A DNA stretch of 64,000 nt from an uncultured Clostridium sp. (lineage in GTDB: Bacteria; Bacillota; Clostridia; TANB77; CAG-508): contig CANBES010000001.1 of assembly GCA_947367845.1 (NCBI GenBank), forward strand, positions 36,437 through 100,436. Reading direction: 5' to 3'. This document shows, piece by piece, positions 19,792 to 28,361 of the stretch (position 1 is the stretch's first letter; each line of letters opens with the position of its first letter). The notes under the pieces are model-generated. The model did no database searches, had not been told where the DNA came from, and saw nothing but the letters and a program-made list of their open reading frames with translations. A program made the position numbers and the translations under genes.

Positions 19792-20748
19792 TTATTATTG
19801 TATCTACATCATATTGTGTACTTAATTCAGTTTGATCTAATGCTGATAATATACATTTTTTAAAATATGCTTTTGGTATTTGTATTCGTGATTTTGTATT
19901 TGCAATAGCAAAATTCTTTAATCCATATAATAATTTTTTTGAATTGATTTCTTTTATCTTTTCTCTTGTATCTAGTTGCATATACATTTCTTTTAATATT
20001 TCTGTTATCTCAATAGAAAGTTCTGGAGAAAGAATATGCATTTCACAATTAGATATCAGCATATCAAATTCCATCTTTTCCATCTCATCCATCATCTTAT
20101 CCAAATTTTTATTTTCCTGTGGTTTGTGATTAGAAGGATAGATAGATTTCATTTCCTTTAATTTAATTTTATTTAATTTTATTTGATTTGATTTTATTTG
20201 ATTTAATTTGTTATTTTTTGCTATAAATCTGCTATTGTTTTTTATAACACTTGTTATAACTTTGTTATTATTTTTTGATAACATTGTTATAGTTTTGTTA
20301 TTTTTGCATACACCTTTTATCTTTTTTTTCGATTTATTTGTTATAACTTTGTTATCGTTTTGTTTTCCCCATCTATTTTGCATTGCTTTCTTTCCTGCTT
20401 GGCTCCTTTTTTCTTTTAGTGTTTCATATTTTTCCATTCTTCTTAATAAACTAGCAGACCAAAATGACTTATTATCTGTATTAAATAATCCATTATTGCT
20501 TTCACTATCTGTATATTCATTTATACAATCCATTAAATATTTTTCTACATCAATAGTAGTTCCCGTTTGCATCTTTATTGCTCTATATGTAGTTTTATTG
20601 AGAGGTAATTTGTATATTGCTTCATTTCTTAACATTTCTAATATTGCCCAATATAAGCCATATCCGTTCTAATCCATAATCGCATCTCATTGCTAATATT
20701 TTTGGATCAGATAATGCATTTGCATCATGACTAAAATAATAAACATCT
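19763..20748 (-). pseudogene. Phage replisome organizer (Lin1244-type N-terminal domain + DnaD-like C-terminus), frameshifted near 20658-20669; internal iterons
   Basis: A separate upstream frame encodes MANKDVYYFSHDANALSDPKILAMRCDYGLE. The listed ORF continues with NGYGLYWAILEMLRNE...RWGK, the family hallmark. Confidence 0.55.
20160..20360. repeat. Iteron-like origin repeats inside the replisome organizer gene (TTGTTATAACTTTGTTAT units plus ATTT(A/G)ATTT run)
   Basis: Six or more copies of TTGTTAT(A)AC at 20240-20360, preceded by ATTTAATTTTATTTGATTTG repeats. Confidence 0.5.
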
Positions 20749-21087
20749 TTATTGGCCATCTTTTACCTCTCCTTTCTTTTTAGTTAATACATCCATAGTA
20801 ATTTGTCGATTCTTATATACATCATTTAAATATTTCTTTTCACATATTGGTCCAAATCCCCTTTGAATACTTTTCCAAGTTTTTAATTCTTTTCCACACA
20901 TTCTGCAATTAAATGATGTATCTTTTACATCCGGACATTTCTTCAATGCTTTTATTGCTAAAGTAATGGCTTTTATATCATTTAAATAAATTTCATCAGA
21001 ATCATCATTTTGTATAAAACTAAGCCTGTCCCTTTTTAGTTCTTCTAATTGATTTATCGCTTTTATACTATTCATATGAACCTCCAT
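20749..21087 (-). CDS. Hypothetical zinc-finger phage protein
   Basis: CRMCG...GPIC pattern. Confidence 0.3.
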   Translation of the reverse strand: MEVHMNSIKAINQLEELKRDRLSFIQNDDSDEIYLNDIKAITLAIKALKKCPDVKDTSFNCRMCGKELKTWKSIQRGFGPICEKKYLNDVYKNRQITMDVLTKKKGEVKDGQ

Positions 21088-21830
21088 TAAAATGGATATA
21101 ACTTTAATTCTAGATTTAGTCCTGGTCTTGCTATTGTAGTATTTATATTGGTTTCTTCATATACTTTACTTTGCATTATGTCTTGGTTTGAATTTGTATC
21201 TGATAAATGGCATAGTATAATATTTTTTACATAACTTAAGTCATTAGATTTTAAGAATTTTATTACATTATCTAAACTAAAATGACTTTCTAGTAATCTT
21301 GTATATCTAGTTTTATTTATTACTCCATTTTTTGCATTTTCTTTTGCTATTTCCTTATTATAGTTACATTCTAAAAGTAAATAATTTAATTTATTAAATT
21401 TGTATTTAATATAATATGTATCAGTAGCATACAATAATTTTTCTCCAGTAATTTTATGTTGTATTAAAAATCCTAATGGTTCTGCAGCATCGTGTTGTGT
21501 GTCGAATGGAAGTATTACAAAATTTCCAATTTCAAATTGCTTTAATGCTTTTATAATTTTAAATCTATGGCCAACTAAATTTTGTTTTTGAAATGTACCT
21601 GCAGACGCATATATATCCATTCCATATAATGCAAAGTTTGTAGCATATTTTAAATGATCCATATGTTCATGTGTTATTAATACTGCTTTTATTCCATTAA
21701 AATTAAAATTTAATTCCTTTTGAACAACTTTAAAATTAACACCTGCATCTAATATTAATTTTTCATTGTCATTTGCTTCTATTAGGTAGCAGTTACCACT
21801 AGAACTACTACCTAATACTTTTAATTTCAT
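21087..21830 (-). CDS. Metallo-beta-lactamase-fold hydrolase (putative nuclease)
   Basis: HxHxDH motif (ITHEHMDH). Confidence 0.6.
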   Translation of the reverse strand: MKLKVLGSSSSGNCYLIEANDNEKLILDAGVNFKVVQKELNFNFNGIKAVLITHEHMDHLKYATNFALYGMDIYASAGTFQKQNLVGHRFKIIKALKQFEIGNFVILPFDTQHDAAEPLGFLIQHKITGEKLLYATDTYYIKYKFNKLNYLLLECNYNKEIAKENAKNGVINKTRYTRLLESHFSLDNVIKFLKSNDLSYVKNIILCHLSDTNSNQDIMQSKVYEETNINTTIARPGLNLELKLYPF

Positions 21831-22858
21831 TAAAATGCTGGTCCTTCAGTTGTAGTATCTTGTGTTTTTTCTTCAGATACAGGTTGAGGAACTTCTCCAG
21901 GAGCATCTAATTGTTTTGGCTCTTCTATGTCTATAATTTCCTTATTTGCATTTTCTTCTATTTCTTCAGCAACTTGTGTTTCTATTACATTTTCATAAGT
22001 ATTATCGTTATTTTCTATTACATATGCATAACTTTCATTTACTTTTTTAGGATCTATTGCAACTGCATTGTATGTTGCTCTAGCAATAGTTTTTCTTGCC
22101 ATTTCTTCATACCAGCCATCTATCTTTTCTTTTCCTACTTTTTTTCCATTCTCCCATTTATCTTTTTCGCCACCCCAGAATTCAGCTGCAGCATAAGCTG
22201 GTTTTCTCTTATCTATATCTTTTTTAGAAAGTGTTATTATTTTATTTCTTGATTCATCAATATATTGTACATACCCAAATCCGCCGATTATTTCGCCTCT
22301 ATCAAATGGATTTTTAATTACAAAATTGTATCTAGTAATGTTATCTTTATTTACTATCTCAAAAACATCATTTGAATATATTAGTTCAATGATTATATTT
22401 CTAATAGGGTATAATGATAATTGTGTTGCTATATATTCTAGCCCTTTATATCCCTTTAAAAATCCAATATCATATTTTTGTGTTTTATTATTTTTATATG
22501 GTATTGCATTTAAATGATTAGGTATTTGCATATCTAATCCTAATTTTGCATGATGTACTACTGCTATTGCCAAATCATTCATATTAACATTTTGCCAAGT
22601 AATTGGTAAGTTATTTTTATCTTCTTCTTTGGTTGATTTCCAACTATTTTTATTTTGTCTTGCTTCCTCAGCTTTTTTTAATGCATTGTCAATTCCTATA
22701 AAATATCCTCTAATTAGTTGTTTTTGGTATTCATTTAAATTTAATACTCCCACATTACCTTGAAATTCTTTCATTACCATTCCTGTAAATCTCTCACTTG
22801 CTGTTAATTCTTGCTTTTGTACTGATGCTTCTTCTTTTTTTACTAATTCATTACTCAT
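21830..22858 (-). CDS. RecT-like single-strand annealing protein (putative)
   Basis: Size and position between Gp157 and the MBL nuclease. Confidence 0.4.
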   Translation of the reverse strand: MSNELVKKEEASVQKQELTASERFTGMVMKEFQGNVGVLNLNEYQKQLIRGYFIGIDNALKKAEEARQNKNSWKSTKEEDKNNLPITWQNVNMNDLAIAVVHHAKLGLDMQIPNHLNAIPYKNNKTQKYDIGFLKGYKGLEYIATQLSLYPIRNIIIELIYSNDVFEIVNKDNITRYNFVIKNPFDRGEIIGGFGYVQYIDESRNKIITLSKKDIDKRKPAYAAAEFWGGEKDKWENGKKVGKEKIDGWYEEMARKTIARATYNAVAIDPKKVNESYAYVIENNDNTYENVIETQVAEEIEENANKEIIDIEEPKQLDAPGEVPQPVSEEKTQDTTTEGPAF

Positions 22859-22859
22859 A

Positions 22860-23129
22860 TTATTTAGCCTCCTTAACTATAAATTTCATTCCAGTTCTAT
22901 CTTCATTTTCTACTTTTACTGTACAAAAAGCGGGTACACATACTAAATCAATACCACTTGCTGCTACATATGATCTAGTAATAGCAATGGCCTTTATTGC
23001 TTGATTTATTGCACCCGCTCCTATTGCTTGCATTTCTACTCTTCCTTTTTCAGTTAATATTCCTGCTATTGCTCCAGCAACAGCATTTGGATTTGATTTA
23101 CTTGATATTTTTAATGTTTCATTATTCAT
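22860..23129 (-). CDS. SpoVS-like (Alba-fold) protein
   Basis: Near-collinear with Bacillus SpoVS: KISSKSNPNAVAGAIAGIL...QAIGAGAINQAIKAIAI...GIDLVCVPAF. Confidence 0.6.
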   Translation of the reverse strand: MNNETLKISSKSNPNAVAGAIAGILTEKGRVEMQAIGAGAINQAIKAIAITRSYVAASGIDLVCVPAFCTVKVENEDRTGMKFIVKEAK

Positions 23130-23141
23130 TTGATTTTCCTC

Positions 23142-23645
23142 CTATTTTATTCTTAAACTTGTCTTATTATCGACTATTCTTATTCCTGGTATTATTTCTC
23201 CAGTATCTTTAAAATGATTCTTTATTGCAGTTTTATCAACTTGTGTTGTTGTTACTTCTTTCTTAAATTCTGATGGTATTTCATCTTCATTTTCTATTTC
23301 TATGCTCATAGGATTTTTAGTAATTTTTAACTTTCCTAATTCAGTTGGTATTTCTTCTAGTCCTAATCGTTCCATATTTTCTTTTACATATTGATAAAAC
23401 TTATCTAGTTTCTTCTCACCTTGTTTTCTTATATCCGCAAGTCTTTTTTCTTCTGTTTTCATTGCATCTAATAAACTTTCACTATTTTTTATGTATCCAA
23501 TAATATTTGAGCTTTTATTTTGCAATTCTAATGCTAACTCATTTCCTAATTCGCTGTATTCTTCTTCTGTTAGTTCTCCTTCTTGCGCTTTGTCCATTAT
23601 TTCCACAAATTTATTAGTTATGTTATATAAACTTAGATTACTCAC
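23142..23645 (-). CDS. Siphovirus Gp157-family protein
   Basis: The Gp157 family is characteristically linked to RecT/Sak modules. 167 aa. Confidence 0.45.
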   Translation of the reverse strand: MSNLSLYNITNKFVEIMDKAQEGELTEEEYSELGNELALELQNKSSNIIGYIKNSESLLDAMKTEEKRLADIRKQGEKKLDKFYQYVKENMERLGLEEIPTELGKLKITKNPMSIEIENEDEIPSEFKKEVTTTQVDKTAIKNHFKDTGEIIPGIRIVDNKTSLRIK

Positions 23646-23646
23646 T

Positions 23647-25584
23647 CTATATCACCTCGATTCTTAATTTAGAATCTGTAGTTACTACTAAACTAATTAT
23701 TTGTGTACCTATATAATCAATTTCATTTATTGATTCTCTATTGTCTATAAATATTGGTGCTGAAGTATTATAAAATTTTATTAATGTATTTATAATATCT
23801 AGTCCGGCAAGTATTTTATGAGCATTGTTTACATCTGTGTATGGAACACCATTTACTAATGTATCGCAGCATTCTATAAGTCCACCATTTATTTGCGTGT
23901 CAAATAATCTGAATTTTACTAATTCAAATTTACTATTTATAGCATTTTCCAATAACTCAACTTTTGTTTTTGTAAACTCTTCTAGTGCATATTGTTGACC
24001 TTCTAGTTCCTGTATTTTGTTTGAAATATCTTCTTCTGATGTTTGTAATTCTTCTATACGTTGTTTTGTTTTTTCTTGTGTATCTCTTTCATTTAGTGTT
24101 TTATTTAACTTGTTAATTTCTTCTATTATTTCTGCTTTTTTATTTTGTAGATATGATATATCCCCATTTGTTAAGTTCTTTACTTTTTCTTCTAATTCTT
24201 CTATTTCTTTGATTTTATTACTATACTCTGGTAATGAAGTTACATCAAATGAGTTGTCTGTTTCTTTTGCTTTTTCAATTTCTGCTATTTTAGTATTTAT
24301 TTCTTCTAGTTTGTTATCTAGTTTTGGAAGTTCTTGTTGTATTTTTTCTCTAGCCTTTGTATTTTCATCTAATCTTATATTTATAGTTTGTCCTTCTCTA
24401 TTTATTGCCTCTTGTTCACTTCTTTTATGTAGATTTAAATTATCTTCAAATTGCTTTTTTATTTCTTCCTTTTTATCTGTTTCATACTCTCTTTTACAAG
24501 TTGGACATATGAATGAGTTTGGATCAAATTCTAATGTAGTTTTACTAACTTCATCCCATTTTTTATATAACTCTTCTTTTCTTTTTTGGTCTAATTGTAT
24601 TTTTAATAATCTATCACTATCTTCTTCCTGGTTTAATCTAATTGTATTCTCAATTACCTTTTTTTCATTTTGTAAGTTAATTAAGTCTGTAGAATATTTT
24701 TGAGAATATTCAGTTTCCTTTTTTAATTTAAAGTCTGCTAATTCTTTTTTTGCAATTGCTAATTGATCTGCTATTCTCATATTTTCTTTTGCTTTTGTTT
24801 GTATATCTGTCATTTCTAATTCAATGTTATTTAGTTGTTTGTTATATTCTTCCTTTTGTTCTTCTACTTTCTTATAATCAATATCGTGTTCAGTTATTAA
24901 AGTATTTGTAAGCTCATCAATTCTTACAGGTATAGTTTCTTTTTCCTTATTTAAATCTTTTATTTTTGCTTGTACTACTTTTTTATAGTCATCAATGGAT
25001 CTACCTTCTAAATTGTCTTTTAATATTTTAAATTCTTCTTTTGAATCTAGTATTTCATCATCAGAAATATTTGCTCCAGAAATATTTATTAGTAATTCTC
25101 TTCTTTCTGTCCATTTCAATTGATTATTAAAATATGATGGGTCTGTAATTAATTTAAATAAACTTTCTGGAATTAAACTATTGATTTTTTCCTCATAATC
25201 TTTCTTTTTTACTGGTACTTCATCTATCCAATAATTAGTTTCATGCCCAGAAAATTCTCGATCGCTTTCTCCTCTTTTCTTTATCCATTTCTCTTGCAAC
25301 ACTTTTTTAAAAGTCATATCTACACCATCTATTACTAAAATTGCTTCAACTTCATGTTCTAAAAAGTGTATTGGATTATTATTATTATCTAATGTTTTTA
25401 TATTGAAATCTTTTCTATCGCTACTATCTTTATCAAAAAATAACCATTTAAATGCATCAAATATTGTTGTTTTTCCTGTTGCGTTTGCTCCATAAATATT
25501 TGTATTTTGACAATTAAAATCTATTTTTAACTCTTTTATTCCTTTAAAATTCTTCAGTTTTAAACTAAATATTTTTATTTCCAT
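23647..25584 (-). CDS. SbcC/Rad50-like SMC-family ATPase with zinc hook
   Basis: N-terminal Walker A GANATGKT, a long coiled coil, a central CPTC hook, and a C-terminal signature/Walker B region. Confidence 0.6.
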   Translation of the reverse strand: MEIKIFSLKLKNFKGIKELKIDFNCQNTNIYGANATGKTTIFDAFKWLFFDKDSSDRKDFNIKTLDNNNNPIHFLEHEVEAILVIDGVDMTFKKVLQEKWIKKRGESDREFSGHETNYWIDEVPVKKKDYEEKINSLIPESLFKLITDPSYFNNQLKWTERRELLINISGANISDDEILDSKEEFKILKDNLEGRSIDDYKKVVQAKIKDLNKEKETIPVRIDELTNTLITEHDIDYKKVEEQKEEYNKQLNNIELEMTDIQTKAKENMRIADQLAIAKKELADFKLKKETEYSQKYSTDLINLQNEKKVIENTIRLNQEEDSDRLLKIQLDQKRKEELYKKWDEVSKTTLEFDPNSFICPTCKREYETDKKEEIKKQFEDNLNLHKRSEQEAINREGQTINIRLDENTKAREKIQQELPKLDNKLEEINTKIAEIEKAKETDNSFDVTSLPEYSNKIKEIEELEEKVKNLTNGDISYLQNKKAEIIEEINKLNKTLNERDTQEKTKQRIEELQTSEEDISNKIQELEGQQYALEEFTKTKVELLENAINSKFELVKFRLFDTQINGGLIECCDTLVNGVPYTDVNNAHKILAGLDIINTLIKFYNTSAPIFIDNRESINEIDYIGTQIISLVVTTDSKLRIEVI

Positions 25585-25666
25585 TTACTATTTTCTCCCT
25601 TCTTTTTTATTCCAATAACATCCTTCACAACTATATGCTTCTGGACAATCGCATCCATTTGGATTA

Positions 25667-25867
25667 CTACACATTATTAATCACCGGCCTTTGACTTTGT
25701 TTTAATTCAAATGCCTTTTGAGCATCTTCCATTGCTTCTATAAAACCACAATTAGAGCATATATCTGTTTTTCCATCTCTGCGGCTTAATGCTGGTCTAT
25801 CTCCAAGTGGTCCATTACATTTTGGACATTTTTTCATAATTCCTACCTTTCCGCTCTTGATTTCCAT
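25667..25867 (-). CDS. Zinc-ribbon protein
   Basis: CPKC...CSNCG pattern. Confidence 0.3.
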   Translation of the reverse strand: MEIKSGKVGIMKKCPKCNGPLGDRPALSRRDGKTDICSNCGFIEAMEDAQKAFELKQSQRPVINNV

Positions 25868-25920
25868 ATTTTTATATGTTAGAATGAAAATAGAGCATTT
25901 ATATAAGTGTTTTTATAGAA

Positions 25921-26214
25921 CTATTTATTACTTTTGCGGGTATTTGGTAGTTCTATTATTTTTGCGTTTTGCTTTTTGTAACCAATTTCTATTTCATCAA
26001 TAAGTAATTCATATCTAGTATCTGTACATAATTCTGATATCTTTCTTCTTTTTACACTTGGATCTGAGTAGTCATTTGATTCATTTATGTTTCTTATTTG
26101 TAATAAGATATCTGATACACTAAATTTAATATCTTTGATTTCCTTTTCTTTTAATGAAATAGTTTCTTCTAGCTGTTTAATTTTTAATGCTTCCTCTGTA
26201 TGCTTTCCTTTCAT
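25921..26214 (-). CDS. Hypothetical coiled-coil protein
   Basis: ORF. Confidence 0.3.
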   Translation of the reverse strand: MKGKHTEEALKIKQLEETISLKEKEIKDIKFSVSDILLQIRNINESNDYSDPSVKRRKISELCTDTRYELLIDEIEIGYKKQNAKIIELPNTRKSNK

Positions 26215-26297
26215 ATTATTTACCTCCTTTCAATCTTCTTAATTTATACTTCATTGTGGCCAATGTTATAATGTGCCAAATGTAGCAATCTTGTAAT

Positions 26298-26534
26298 CTA
26301 TCTTCTTCCATATTTTTTACTCCTTTTCTTATTTTCACTTTCTTCATAAATTGTTTCTATAATAAGTATTACCATTAAACCTAAAACTGGTACTAGATAT
26401 TCTCCTCCAAATGCTTGGTGTCCTCTAAGTTTATTAGCATAATTTATTGATAATATTGTTAATATAATCGTTACTATAATTACTAGTAATTCTAATATTC
26501 TTACTAAAAATTTCTTCTTATTAATTTTTTTCAT
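26298..26534 (-). CDS. Small membrane protein
   Basis: Two TM helices. Confidence 0.3.
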   Translation of the reverse strand: MKKINKKKFLVRILELLVIIVTIILTILSINYANKLRGHQAFGGEYLVPVLGLMVILIIETIYEESENKKRSKKYGRR

Positions 26535-26736
26535 TTCCTACTACCTCCAATTTATTGACAAATCCTCCAATATTTAATAGTTTCATATTTTTTATTGCTG
26601 CATCTAATTCTTTTTCATTGTGAATTCCGTCTTTTGCAAGCTCTTTCCATATTCTTTTTTCTCTTTCATCTGACAATAAAAACCTCCTCCTTTTTTGTGT
26701 GGTGTCCGCAATTTTTTAATTTAATTTTTAATTTGT

Positions 26737-26967
26737 TCATGATTCCTCCTGTTCTATTCCACTTTGAGTGGAAATCAAAGGTAAATTAATAAACTCCATA
26801 GGTACATTATAAAGACTGCATAATTCATTAAAGTTGTGTACATCTATAGATGTTTTTCCTTTCTCCCATGAAATAATTGTACTTTTGCTTTTGTGTAGTT
26901 TATCAGCTACTTCATCAAGGGTATATCCTGCATTAATTCTTGCTGCTGTTAGTGTTATTCTAAACAT
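26737..26967 (-). CDS. Cro-like XRE-family HTH regulator
   Basis: HTH motif YTLDEVADKLHKSKSTIISWEKGK. The gene is divergent from the CI-like gene. Confidence 0.6.
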   Translation of the reverse strand: MFRITLTAARINAGYTLDEVADKLHKSKSTIISWEKGKTSIDVHNFNELCSLYNVPMEFINLPLISTQSGIEQEES

Positions 26968-27117
26968 ATTTCATTCTCCTTTCCTAAGTTTAAGGTCATT
27001 CTATTACACTTTAAGTGGAATGTCAATACTTTTAGTAAAACTTTTTTCACTTTTTTATTGTTTTTTTATACTTTAAGTGTTATAATAATGGCATATCAAA
27101 CAAAAGGAGGTTTTCAG
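26968..27117. promoter_or_regulatory. Divergent lysogeny switch: P(cro) TTGACA-17-TAGAAT (minus) and P(cI) with extended -10 TGtTATAAT (plus); operator half-palindromes CACTTTAAGTG
   Basis: Sites at 27007-27017 and 27069-27078. A third 22-bp copy, TTCTATTCCACTTTGAGTGGAA, lies at 26752-26773. Confidence 0.45.
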
Positions 27118-27639
27118 ATGTTATCAAAAGATGATACTTATAGAAAAATTTTTGCTAATAATCTTAACTATTATATGCAAGTCAATAATAAGATTCAGGA
27201 TGATTTAGTAAAAGATTTAGGATTAAAGACTTCGACTATTTCTAGTTGGTGTAATGGTCAAAAATTACCTCGAATGGATAAGATTGTACTATTAGCAGAT
27301 TACTTTGGAATACATTTTTCAAAATTAATTGAAGAGAGAACTGACAATAATTATTTTGAATTTGTAGCTGAAGATGATGCCATGTTTCCTTTATTAGATG
27401 TAGGAGATATTGCATTGGTTTATAAGCAAAATAATATCGAAGATGGTGCAACACTGCTAATAAATATGGATAATCATAATACAATTAGAAAATTTATTTT
27501 AAGTGAGGATAAAACTTATTATAAATTAATTGCTATGAATGGTTGTTACAAAAACATAGATTTAAAAATTACAGATATAAATAAAATCAGAATACTTGGT
27601 AGAATTATAAAAACAGAAAACAAAAGTGCTTTTAAATAA
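27118..27639 (+). CDS. CI-like repressor (XRE HTH + S24 LexA-like domain, putative Ser->Ala nucleophile)
   Basis: RBS AAAGGAGG precedes the start. N-terminal HTH and C-terminal DDAMFPLLDVGDIALV...IRKF align to the LexA GDSM...K region. Confidence 0.6.
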   Translation: MLSKDDTYRKIFANNLNYYMQVNNKIQDDLVKDLGLKTSTISSWCNGQKLPRMDKIVLLADYFGIHFSKLIEERTDNNYFEFVAEDDAMFPLLDVGDIALVYKQNNIEDGATLLINMDNHNTIRKFILSEDKTYYKLIAMNGCYKNIDLKITDINKIRILGRIIKTENKSAFK

Positions 27640-27666
27640 ATATATTATACGAGAAAGGAGAAAAAT

Positions 27667-28209
27667 ATGGAACCACTTTTAGGAGTTATTGGATTAATCA
27701 TACTTATTGGAATCTGTGCTTGTATAGATTCTCACAACAAAAAATCCAAAAAAATTGAAGATATAAAAAAGAATAAAAATGCTTCTCTATTTTTAACACT
27801 ATTACATTACAACGGTCTTCCTATTGCTCAAAATGTAAAAACTCAAGTATTTTCAAAATCAAATGAATACGAATTTTGTGCAAATAATATGTCTTTTAAT
27901 TTAGATAAACAAAAAGTTACTGATGTAACAATGACCAATAATATAGAAATACAAAAAAGTTATAGTTCTAGTGTTGGTGGTGCAATAGGTGGTGCAGTTT
28001 TATTTGGCCCATTAGGTGCTATGATTGGTGGAAGATCTAAAGAGAAAACTTCAAATATAGTAACTTCATATTTAATTTTTACTTATTTAGATAATAATGA
28101 AATTAAATATATTGCATTTGATTGCACTAATAGCACAAAAGCAATTAGATTTGTTACAGAATTTCAATTAAGTAATAAAACAAAAGAAGATAAAAAAATA
28201 GAATTATAA
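27667..28209 (+). CDS. Membrane-anchored moron protein (N-terminal TM, glycine-zipper segment)
   Basis: Own RBS. Sits between cI and int. Contains GGAIGGAVLFGPLGAMIGG. Confidence 0.45.
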   Translation: MEPLLGVIGLIILIGICACIDSHNKKSKKIEDIKKNKNASLFLTLLHYNGLPIAQNVKTQVFSKSNEYEFCANNMSFNLDKQKVTDVTMTNNIEIQKSYSSSVGGAIGGAVLFGPLGAMIGGRSKEKTSNIVTSYLIFTYLDNNEIKYIAFDCTNSTKAIRFVTEFQLSNKTKEDKKIEL

Positions 28210-28361
28210 AAAAGGATAATGTGTATTGTTTTTGCGGACACCACACATTATCCAGAGCGTAATCACTATTGAAAGTGAATACTTTATTATTATATCGTAA
28301 AGTAACTTCATTTTCAATAGTAAATTAAAAATTTATTATAAGAAAATGGAGGTTTTTTATT

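Noticed and set aside
20160-20360. Possible CRISPR-like array from regularly spaced TTGTTAT repeats.
   Set aside because: The units are 7-18 bp with irregular AT-rich spacers and lie inside a replication gene. They are iterons, not CRISPR repeats. No cas genes are present.
25592-25676. 28-aa Cys-rich mini-ORF (MCSNPNGCDCPEAYSCEGCYWNKKEGRK) overlapping the ATPase start region.
   Set aside because: Too short to support without conservation evidence. It could be a real zinc-knuckle peptide, but the call is unsupported.
26595-26789. Plus-strand 64-aa ORF in the gap between minus-strand genes.
   Set aside because: It is antisense to a better small minus-strand ORF (TTG start after AAAGGAGGAGG RBS) and overlaps the cro 3' end. 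Composition is hydrophobic and low-complexity.
26696-28247. Hin/Gin-type invertible segment bounded by the 16-bp inverted repeats.
   Set aside because: The neighbouring recombinase is a large (560-aa) serine integrase, not a small invertase, and no enhancer/Fis-like signals were seen. It is kept only as a low-probability alternative in the finding.
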